A DNA stretch of 10,323 nucleotides from an uncultured archaeon (GTDB lineage Archaea; Asgardarchaeota; Thorarchaeia; Thorarchaeales; CAZPUN01). A program made the translations under genes and the position numbers. The notes under the pieces are model-generated. The model saw nothing but the letters and a program-made list of their open reading frames with translations, ran no database searches and was not told the origin of the DNA. How positions within the stretch are numbered: the stretch's first letter is position 1; every line of letters starts with the position of its first letter. This document shows positions 1 to 7,088 of the stretch, piece after piece. The stretch is from assembly GCA_964589775.1 (NCBI GenBank), contig CAZPUN010000002.1:1-10323 (forward strand), written 5' to 3'.

Positions 1-734
1 ACATTGAAATAGTATTTCATGAAGCTGCAATTGCTAGTGTTGAGGAATCTGTTCGTATGCCGGAGACAGTAAATAGAGTAAACATTGATGGAACGCTAAA
101 TGTATTAAATGCGAGTTTGCGTTCTAATTCAGTTGAGCGTGTTATTTTTGCATCTAGTGCTGCGGTTTATGGTGACCTTCAACAACTTCCAATAAAAGAA
201 TCTGATCCTTTATCACCACTATCACCATATGCAGTGACAAAGATTGCCGGTGAACACTATATGAATGTTTATTACAAATTATATGGATTAAAGACTACAA
301 ATCTTAGATATTTTAATGTATATGGACCACATCAAGAGCATTCTCCATATAAAGGTGTAATTGCAGCATTCATTCAAAATATTGTAAATGGAAAAGATGT
401 TACGATCTATGGTGATGGAACACAAACTAGAGATTTTATTTTTGTAGAGGATGTTGTACGTGCAAATATTTTAGCTGCGACATCTAACAATGCTATTGGA
501 AAGACCTATAATATTGCATCAGGAAAAAGTACATCAATAAATGATTTGATTAAAATATTTTCAGAATTAACTAACAAAGAAATAGAGCCACGATATGAAA
601 GCTGGAGACCTGGAGATATTCGACATAGTCTGGCAGATGTCTCTCTTGTAGAGAAAGACTTGGGATTCAAAGCACAGATAGACTTAAGGGAAGGAATTCG
701 TAAGACACTTTCGAGTGTAGGCTATTATTCATAA
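1..734 (+). CDS. NAD-dependent NDP-sugar epimerase/dehydratase (GalE/WbpP-like extended SDR), 5'-truncated by the window edge
   Basis: The frame is open from position 3 (IEIVFHEAAIASVEESVRMP...), so ATG 57 is internal. Motifs: FHxAA, ASSAAVYG, catalytic YAVTK (YxxxK), LRYFNVYGP, GDGTQTRDFIFV, RPGDI. Confidence 0.93.
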   Translation, partial: IEIVFHEAAIASVEESVRMPETVNRVNIDGTLNVLNASLRSNSVERVIFASSAAVYGDLQQLPIKESDPLSPLSPYAVTKIAGEHYMNVYYKLYGLKTTNLRYFNVYGPHQEHSPYKGVIAAFIQNIVNGKDVTIYGDGTQTRDFIFVEDVVRANILAATSNNAIGKTYNIASGKSTSINDLIKIFSELTNKEIEPRYESWRPGDIRHSLADVSLVEKDLGFKAQIDLREGIRKTLSSVGYYS

Positions 735-1090
735 TATTTCATGTATTCTTTACTTTTTAGAAATTTTTAAAATATGATTCTTGTAATAAAATTTATCGAA
801 AATATCACTGAAAATCTTAATAGATGCCCGCTATTGAAAATAATTTATAAACATAATTATAAAATGTACCAAATTATGTGATAGACTTAAAATAACCAAA
901 TCCAGATTACGGTATTCTTTAATGATAAGTGAATTATTGATGCGATAGTACTATCATTCATAAATTTTGTATTTTTTAAAAAATTTATACTTTCAATTTT
1001 CAATACTTCGGTATTATGTCTTTAGAGGATGTATTTCCATATAAATTATTTAAAAAATTATTCCCAAGAATTTAATCTCAATCATAATAC

Positions 1091-1104
1091 GAAAACATTT
1101 TATA
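1091..1104 (+). promoter_or_regulatory. Putative BRE/TATA for the aminotransferase
   Basis: GAAAACATTTTATA about 65 nt upstream of the TTG start; SD GGAGG at 1154-1158. Confidence 0.5.
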
Positions 1105-1167
1105 GTATATGTAGGTTGGTAGGAACAGAACGGAACAAGCGCCGAGCGAAAATGGAGGACAAAGATT

Positions 1168-2406
1168 TTGAAAGGCAAGATTTCTCATGCGGCACGATAT
1201 GCTGAGGAGCATCCCAGTGCAATACGTGAGATTATGAATGTAGTTAGTGAGTTCAAGTCGCATCCTGAGCGTTTTCCACGTCCATTGATATATTTTGGTG
1301 GTGGATGGCCTCAGGATGACACCCCACCCGTATTGAAGCAGAAATTATTAGAGGTTATCAATGATCACGATTCATGGATTGACTCGATTCGGTATGGTCC
1401 CACGCGTGGCAAGCCCAATTTTCTGGATGGTATAGTCAACTATGAAGAGAAGGTTTTTGGGCGTAAGGGTGTAGATGAGAACGAATTGCTTGCTGGTTCT
1501 GGGAGTACTGAGCTTACGGCAGCATTTATGATGGCGGTTACGGATCCGGGCGATGAAATCATATTGACGCAGCCCAGTTATTTGAATTATCCAAGGCAGA
1601 TCCAGATTGAATTCATGTTGGGAGCGCACTATAAGGAATGGCCGCTGATTAAAGATCACAAATTTGCGCCTGATATTGAAGAGCTCAAGGAAATGATAAC
1701 AGACAAGACCCGTATGCTTGTGATCACAGCGCCGGGTAATCCTGATGGGCAGGTTCCCGACGATGAACTCATGAATGCAGTGAATGACTTAGCAGAGGAC
1801 CATGGCTTCTGGGTTGTGGTTGATGTTGCGTATCGTGCATTCTTCTTTGATGGGATACCAAAGTATTTCCAGAGGCCTCGTCGTGAAAATGAGATCTGGA
1901 TGGCGAGTCTCAGCAAGGAATTTCGAATTCCCGGTTGGCGAATTGCGTATTCTATAGCAGATGCTGAATTGACTGCTGCGGTCACTAACATTGAGCAAGC
2001 TCGTGTATTGTGTGCGAACTCGATGGTTCAGAATGCGCTTGCTGGTGTATTCAATGACAATGATGCGTTGAAATCAGTAAAGCAGTATTACGATGAAGGC
2101 GTCGTCAAGTATAAGGACATGGCTGAATATACTGTAAAAACACTGAATGAGAAGATTCAGAACCTTGGTGTGCTAGAGCCCAAGGGCGGATTTTATGTAT
2201 TCTTTGATGCGTCGCACTATAGCAATGACAGTAAGAAAATGTGTGCAGATCTACTCGATGAATATCAAGTTGCACTAGCCCCCGGAAAAGACTTTGGTAT
2301 GGAAGGTTGGCTCAGACTTTCCTATGCACCAATTGTTGAAGAACGCGAAACTTTAGTTGAAGGTCTCGACCGTATGGCAGAATTCTTTGCAAAGCGTCAA
2401 AAATAA
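1168..2406 (+). CDS. PLP-dependent aminotransferase class I/II (AspB/LysN-like), substrate unknown
   Basis: Motifs SAIREI..FGGGWP, YGPTRG, PGNPDG, DVAY, SLSKEFRIPGWRIAY (PLP lysine), PKGGFY, WLRLSY. TTG start lies 9 nt after GGAGG. Confidence 0.93.
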   Translation: MKGKISHAARYAEEHPSAIREIMNVVSEFKSHPERFPRPLIYFGGGWPQDDTPPVLKQKLLEVINDHDSWIDSIRYGPTRGKPNFLDGIVNYEEKVFGRKGVDENELLAGSGSTELTAAFMMAVTDPGDEIILTQPSYLNYPRQIQIEFMLGAHYKEWPLIKDHKFAPDIEELKEMITDKTRMLVITAPGNPDGQVPDDELMNAVNDLAEDHGFWVVVDVAYRAFFFDGIPKYFQRPRRENEIWMASLSKEFRIPGWRIAYSIADAELTAAVTNIEQARVLCANSMVQNALAGVFNDNDALKSVKQYYDEGVVKYKDMAEYTVKTLNEKIQNLGVLEPKGGFYVFFDASHYSNDSKKMCADLLDEYQVALAPGKDFGMEGWLRLSYAPIVEERETLVEGLDRMAEFFAKRQK

Positions 2407-2411
2407 GTTAA

Positions 2412-2435
2412 ATGGGATTTCCCCCATCTTTTTTT
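2412..2435 (+). terminator. Hairpin plus T7 terminator between convergent genes
   Basis: ATGGG-ATTTCC-CCCAT followed by CTTTTTTT just after the aminotransferase stop. Confidence 0.6.
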
Positions 2436-2439
2436 ATAT

Positions 2440-2724
2440 TTATTGAGTTTTCTGGCTTGTTTGTGGATTCTGTATTGGCATTGTAGTAGGGGTCGGTGGA
2501 ACAACTGAAGCACCGGGATAATATGGTGTTACATAGGGACTTACATAACCTGCGGTATATCCTGCTCCATATCCATAGTATCCATAGCCCATCCATCGCC
2601 AACCTCTAGGAAGATTTGGATTCCATCTGCAGTATGGGTAAGGGTTAGGACCCAATCCGCGACCATATCCCATTCCTGCTCCGAATCCACGACCAAATCC
2701 GCGACGTCCATTTCCTCTTGGCAT
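2440..2724 (-). CDS. Small Gly/Tyr/Arg-rich low-complexity protein, DUF5320-like (94 aa)
   Basis: MPRG start, GRGFG repeats and NPYPYCRWNPNLPRGW resemble DUF5320-type proteins as I recall them. The GTG at 2733 is part of the SD AGGTGA, so the likely start is ATG 2724. Confidence 0.75.
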   Translation of the reverse strand: MPRGNGRRGFGRGFGAGMGYGRGLGPNPYPYCRWNPNLPRGWRWMGYGYYGYGAGYTAGYVSPYVTPYYPGASVVPPTPTTMPIQNPQTSQKTQ

Positions 2725-2756
2725 GTTTATCACCTACTGATTATATTCGTATTTTG

Positions 2757-2778
2757 GTTTATTAATATTGTGCAATAT
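2757..2778 (-). promoter_or_regulatory. Putative TATA (ATTAATAA) for the DUF5320-like gene with an overlapping palindrome
   Basis: The minus strand reads ATATTGCACAATATTAATAAAC about 35 nt upstream of ATG 2724. ATATTG-TG-CAATAT dyad at 2765-2778. Confidence 0.4.
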
Positions 2779-2920
2779 CCCAAAATAGGGGATGAACGAT
2801 CTTCTTGTCACAGATTTCTCTATATTTTTTTAAATTTTAAAGGGTGGATTTGTTTGTACTATTGCGTTGTAACACAATCCTTATATTTTTGGGTTGGGAG
2901 ATATGTGGAGCTTTGTCGTA

Positions 2921-2936
2921 AAGAAATATTTAAAAA
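2921..2936 (+). promoter_or_regulatory. Putative BRE/TATA for the thermosome gene
   Basis: AAGAAATATTTAAAAA about 65 nt upstream of ATG 3001. Confidence 0.5.
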
Positions 2937-3000
2937 GTGAAGTGTATGTACATTTTTGTGTACGCAAATAATCGACGAAAAAAAGAAGGAGTTGGTGCAC

Positions 3001-4644
3001 ATGGCACAACAGATTCCGGTTCTAATTCTTAAAGAAGGGACTCAAAGGACCCGTGGAAAAGACGCTCAGCGAAATAATATTGCGGCTGCGATTTTAGTGG
3101 GCGATGTTATTAAGACAGCTCTTGGTCCTCGTGGTATGGATAAGATGTTAGTAGATAGTTTTGGAGACATTACCGTATCTAACGATGGTGCGACTATATT
3201 AAAGGAGATGGACATTGCCCATCCTGCAGCGAAGATGGTGGTTGAGGTTGCAAAGACCGTAGATCAAGAAGTTGGAGATGGTACAACAACTTCAGCTGTT
3301 CTGACCGGTGAATTACTCAAGGAAGCCGAGAAGCTATTAGATGAGAAGATTCACCCGACAGTAATTGTTGAAGGTTACCGAGCTGCTGCTCGCAAGGCTG
3401 CAGAAATTCTTGAAGAGATTGCAGAGCCTGTAGATCTTGAGAATACCAAGACACTGAAGAAGATTCTCAAGGATGCAGCAATGACCTCAATGTCCAGCAA
3501 ATTTGTTTCAACCAATAAGGAAATGCTTGCAGACCTAGTAGTAAATGCAGTTCTTGAAATTGCAAAGAAGAATGAAGATGGAACTTACAAAGTTAAGAAG
3601 GACAATGTACGTCTTGTTAAGAAGGAAGGTGCATCTGTAGATAAGACTGAATTAATTCATGGACTTGTTCTCGATAAGGAAGTTGTTCATGCTGGAATGC
3701 CAAAGAAAGTAGAAGACGCGAAGATTGCACTCTTAGAAGCGCCACTTGAAATCACCAAGACTGAATTTGACGCCAAGATTAACATATCTGACCCGACTCA
3801 GATGCAGCTCTTCATGCAAGAAGAAGAACGCATGCTTCGTGAGATGGTTGATGCGATTGTAAAGACTGGTGCAAATGTTGTATTCTGCCAGAAGGGTATT
3901 GATGACCTAGCACAGCACTTCTTGGCAAAGGCTGGTATACTTGCTGTTCGCAGAGTAAAGAGATCTGATATTGAAGCCATTCACAAGGCTACTGGAGCTA
4001 CTATTGTCACGAACATTACAAACATTACCGCAAAGGATCTTGGTAAGGCAAAAGTTGTTGAAGAGCGAAAGGTTCAGGAGGACAATATGGTCTTCATTGA
4101 AGGTGTACCCAACAAGGATGTTATCACTATTATGATTCGTGGTGGAACCGAGCATGTCGTAGATGAAGTCAAGAGAGCCTTAGATGACGCTGTAAGTGTC
4201 GTACGAAATATCTTACAGAAGCCAAAGATCGTCTATGGTGGCGGTGCTACTGAGATTGAACTTGCTCTTCGACTATACAAATATGCTAACAGCCTTGAAG
4301 GTCGCTCACAACTCGCAGCGGAATCATTCGCACGTGCTCTTGAGACAATTCCTGCAATTTTAGCATCCAATGCCGGTCTTGAGCCCATTGATATTATAGC
4401 AGAACTCAAGAAAGCTCACTCTGCAGAAAATGCAAAAGCTTATGGTATTGATCTCTTCAAGGGTAAAGTTGTTGATATGGCTAAGAGCAGAGTCATTGAG
4501 CCAATGGTTGTGAAGCAGCAATCCATTTTATCTGCCAGTGAAGCTTCTGAAATGATTCTTAGAATCGATGATGTCATCATGGCAAAGGCTGGCGGTGGTC
4601 CAAAGCCACCCAACCCAGAAAATAGACCCCCAGACGAAGATTAA
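3001..4644 (+). CDS. ths: Thermosome (group II chaperonin) subunit, 547 aa
   Basis: Motifs PVLILKEG, LGPRGMDKM, NDGATIL, HPAAK, EVGDGTTT, VFCQKGIDD, GGGATE, LRIDD. The start is ATG 3001 (preceded by GGAG and GGTG), not TTG 2956. Alpha versus beta subunit cannot be determined. Confidence 0.97.
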   Translation: MAQQIPVLILKEGTQRTRGKDAQRNNIAAAILVGDVIKTALGPRGMDKMLVDSFGDITVSNDGATILKEMDIAHPAAKMVVEVAKTVDQEVGDGTTTSAVLTGELLKEAEKLLDEKIHPTVIVEGYRAAARKAAEILEEIAEPVDLENTKTLKKILKDAAMTSMSSKFVSTNKEMLADLVVNAVLEIAKKNEDGTYKVKKDNVRLVKKEGASVDKTELIHGLVLDKEVVHAGMPKKVEDAKIALLEAPLEITKTEFDAKINISDPTQMQLFMQEEERMLREMVDAIVKTGANVVFCQKGIDDLAQHFLAKAGILAVRRVKRSDIEAIHKATGATIVTNITNITAKDLGKAKVVEERKVQEDNMVFIEGVPNKDVITIMIRGGTEHVVDEVKRALDDAVSVVRNILQKPKIVYGGGATEIELALRLYKYANSLEGRSQLAAESFARALETIPAILASNAGLEPIDIIAELKKAHSAENAKAYGIDLFKGKVVDMAKSRVIEPMVVKQQSILSASEASEMILRIDDVIMAKAGGGPKPPNPENRPPDED

Positions 4645-4668
4645 AGGGTAACCTACCCTTAATTTTTT
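4644..4668 (+). terminator. Hairpin plus T6 terminator of the thermosome gene
   Basis: AAGGGTA-ACC-TACCCTT (4644-4660) followed by AATTTTTT. Confidence 0.65.
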
Positions 4669-4682
4669 ATTTTCAGTCAATC

Positions 4683-4696
4683 AAATACCTTATATA
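4683..4696 (+). promoter_or_regulatory. Putative BRE/TATA for rpoK
   Basis: AAATACCTTATATA about 62 nt upstream of ATG 4758; SD AGGTG at 4746-4750. Confidence 0.5.
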
Positions 4697-4757
4697 CTAT
4701 TGTTCATTCGATAAGTTGAAAAGGGATTAATTAATCTGAATTTTAAGGTGTGTTTAT

Positions 4758-5219
4758 ATGGAAGAGGAACAACCTCCCTTTGATGAAGAATTGGAAGAAC
4801 TCATACCCACTCAAAAGCAAAAGCCCAAAAAAAGCGTCGAAGAAGATGAAACTGAAGAGGAAGAAATACGTGGCGTCTTATTAGATGATGACGAGCCAGT
4901 ACAATTAGACCTTACACCACGTCCGATCGATCCTGCCAAAATAACAGATCCAGAGCGTCTTGAAACTGGAATTTACATTGGTCCAAAATCCCTTACACGA
5001 TTTGAAAGGTCTCGAATTATTGGTGCGCGTGCATTACAGATTAGTATGGGTGCTCCTGTTCTTATCAGCATAAAGGACAAACATGTGGATTTATTTGAGC
5101 TAGCTGAAAAGGAACTTAAACTAGGACTATTACCAATGACTGTTAGAAGATCTCTTCCGACAGGGGAATATCAAGACATACCATTAAGTAGGCTTCTTAA
5201 ATATACCCGCTTGGATTAA
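4758..5219 (+). CDS. rpoK: DNA-directed RNA polymerase subunit K (Rpo6; RPB6/omega homolog) with an acidic N-terminal extension
   Basis: Core motif IGPKSLTRFERSRIIGARALQISMGAPVLI...AEKEL...LPMTVRRSLPTG. Confidence 0.96.
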   Translation: MEEEQPPFDEELEELIPTQKQKPKKSVEEDETEEEEIRGVLLDDDEPVQLDLTPRPIDPAKITDPERLETGIYIGPKSLTRFERSRIIGARALQISMGAPVLISIKDKHVDLFELAEKELKLGLLPMTVRRSLPTGEYQDIPLSRLLKYTRLD

Positions 5220-5550
5220 ATCTGTTTTGTCCTAGTTTTCCTTTTTACTTATATTTTAATAAAAGAAAATAGTTATGTTGTTTAAGAATGTCACTTAAAT
5301 TTGTCATATAAATCATTTCAGATTCAGATTTCTACTCGATGATATTTTATTACAGATCAAAAATACCGCATGTATGACCGAGAAATGTATATATTGATAC
5401 AATTATATCAAAAGTGAATTTTTAAATTAAGAATATTGGATCTCCTGATTAACACATTTGTTCCATTTGCGTGTTCGATTGGAATTCCGATCACTTGTTT
5501 ATTTCTTTTTATTTGTAGATATTGATTTATATTGCGTTATATCTCCTAAA

Positions 5551-5566
5551 CAACGAACTTTATAAA
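5551..5566 (+). promoter_or_regulatory. Putative BRE/TATA for the MgtC/DUF4010 gene
   Basis: CAACGAAC-TTTATAAA about 52 nt upstream of ATG 5618; GGTG SD 8 nt before the start. Confidence 0.55.
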
Positions 5567-5617
5567 TGGTTTTGACCCAAATTATTTCTTACAAATTTAC
5601 GATGTGGTGTTATTATT

Positions 5618-6943
5618 ATGATTCAGATCTCTCCAGACTTTATGCTAGATCCTTTGGCGATATTAAAGTTCGTCATTGGATTTGGTGTGGGCGCGATGAT
5701 TGGTCTTGAGCGTCAGAAGAGTCGCTATTTTGAGGCGCAACGAATGGGTATGCGAACATTTGGTCTCACGAGTATGTTAGGGACTTTATCGGGTTTTCTT
5801 TACTCAGTGAGCAGTCTTGATTTTGCACTTTATTTTGGTGGGGCAGTTGCAGTTCTTTTGTTTGCGTTTCAGTTCTTATCACGAATGTATGCTGGAGAGA
5901 AGACTGGGTACACCACATCGATGGTAAGTGCAATTGCATTTCTGTTAGGTATGCTGGTAGGTTTAGATAATGGTACGAATCATTTCATGGTGCTTGCAAT
6001 TGCTTTGTCATTCTTTGTTACTTTCATTCTATCTATAAAGGAAGAATTGACATACATGGCATCTGTGATTACCAGAACTGAACTTACAAGTGCAATTCAA
6101 TTGGGCATTCTGGCATTTATGTTATGGCCATTGATACCTGAATCTGTAATTTTATTTGGTCTTACGCTGAATCTAAAACTAACATATTATCTCGTGCTTT
6201 TACTACTGACTATTAGTTTTGTGAATTACATTTTAGTGAAGAAATATCAGACTCGTGGTCTAATGGTTTTTGCTCTATTTGGCGGGATTGCCAATAGTGA
6301 AGCGACTGTTTCCAGTATCGTCGAGATGTATAATAAGACCGGACGTGAATATCCCCGATGGGTTTCACTGTCTGTAATTCTTGCCAATATGTCTATGATG
6401 CTTCGCAATTTAGTGATCATTATTATGTTAGATCCGACTCCGACTCATTCGATGTTTCGGGCATTTCTAGTGCCTATAGTAATTGTATTTCTAATCGGAT
6501 TATATCGCGGATTCATGGAACGTAAGAAGGTAAAAGCATCAATTGTGGTAGATAGCAGTAAATTAGGTTCTCCATTCAGTCTTGGTCCCGCAATTAGATT
6601 TGCGGCACTATTTATGTTTGTTACGATATTCTCATTCGTGATGCAGAATACATTCGCAGACTTTGGTGTTATATTTGCTGCAGTGGTTGGTGGTCTTGCC
6701 TCTGCTGGTGCAGTTGTATTCACAATGTGTGTACTTCTTGGGTCCGGAACAATTTCTCTAAACATTGCCGTTGCTGGTGCTGTTCTTTCGACTCTCATGG
6801 CGGTTTCAAACAAGATATTTTATGTTGTTGTAAATAAAGGAGATAAACCTCTCTTATCCTCGGTAGTTCGCGACATTTTAATTATGCTAATTGGCGGTGG
6901 CATATATGTTGTCATGTTAGTTCTTGGGCTCATCGCCATCTAA
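5618..6943 (+). CDS. MgtC/SapB-family membrane protein with a C-terminal DUF4010-like domain
   Basis: N-terminal GAMIGLERQ...GMRTF...GYTT (MgtC motif); later PLIP, ISFVNYI, FGGIANSEAT, SPFSLGPAIRFA; many hydrophobic segments. Confidence 0.85.
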   Translation: MIQISPDFMLDPLAILKFVIGFGVGAMIGLERQKSRYFEAQRMGMRTFGLTSMLGTLSGFLYSVSSLDFALYFGGAVAVLLFAFQFLSRMYAGEKTGYTTSMVSAIAFLLGMLVGLDNGTNHFMVLAIALSFFVTFILSIKEELTYMASVITRTELTSAIQLGILAFMLWPLIPESVILFGLTLNLKLTYYLVLLLLTISFVNYILVKKYQTRGLMVFALFGGIANSEATVSSIVEMYNKTGREYPRWVSLSVILANMSMMLRNLVIIIMLDPTPTHSMFRAFLVPIVIVFLIGLYRGFMERKKVKASIVVDSSKLGSPFSLGPAIRFAALFMFVTIFSFVMQNTFADFGVIFAAVVGGLASAGAVVFTMCVLLGSGTISLNIAVAGAVLSTLMAVSNKIFYVVVNKGDKPLLSSVVRDILIMLIGGGIYVVMLVLGLIAI

Positions 6944-6954
6944 TCTTTTTTAAT

Positions 6955-6970
6955 CGAAACCTTTATTTAT
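6955..6970 (+). promoter_or_regulatory. Putative BRE/TATA for hisS, just after a T6 tract (6946-6951) that may end the upstream transcript
   Basis: CGAAACCTTTATTTAT. It would imply a leader of roughly 100 nt. Confidence 0.45.
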
Positions 6971-7004
6971 TTGAGCGGCTTAGTCAAATTTGGAGTTGTA
7001 AAAA

Positions 7005-7031
7005 ATGGACCAAGGTGAGTTTGTTCATTAA
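7005..7031 (+). other. Candidate uORF MDQGEFVH* in the hisS leader
   Basis: ATG GAC CAA GGT GAG TTT GTT CAT TAA, with GGAG at 6992-6995. Confidence 0.3.
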
Positions 7032-7088
7032 CCGTATTTTAAATGATATCCTTGTACCTTGGAAGTTTGAACTTGGAGGTATTTTATT

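Noticed and set aside
920-1000. Possible C/D-box sRNA (ATGATAA and TTGATGC as box C-like elements)
   Set aside because: No box D CTGA at a suitable distance.
1078-1998. Minus-strand ORFs 1078-1263, 1372-1659, 1656-1991 and 1789-1998
   Set aside because: Antisense shadows of the aminotransferase with no recognisable motifs.
2408-2602. 64-aa alternative-frame ORF, considered as a frameshifted C-terminus of the DUF5320-like gene
   Set aside because: It has no coiled-coil-like content and no SD, and it overlaps the better-supported frame.
2440-2724. Small protein as a RiPP precursor
   Set aside because: No radical SAM, YcaO, protease or exporter gene in the window.
2956-3000. N-terminal extension of the thermosome from TTG 2956
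   Set aside because: Homology and SD placement point to ATG 3001.
3798-4155. Antisense ORFs inside the thermosome gene
   Set aside because: Shadow ORFs.
735-5617. CRISPR arrays, tRNAs, IS/MITE ends or origin ORB boxes in the intergenic gaps
   Set aside because: No regularly spaced repeats, cloverleaf, terminal inverted repeats with target duplication, or repeated ORB/G-string motifs were seen.
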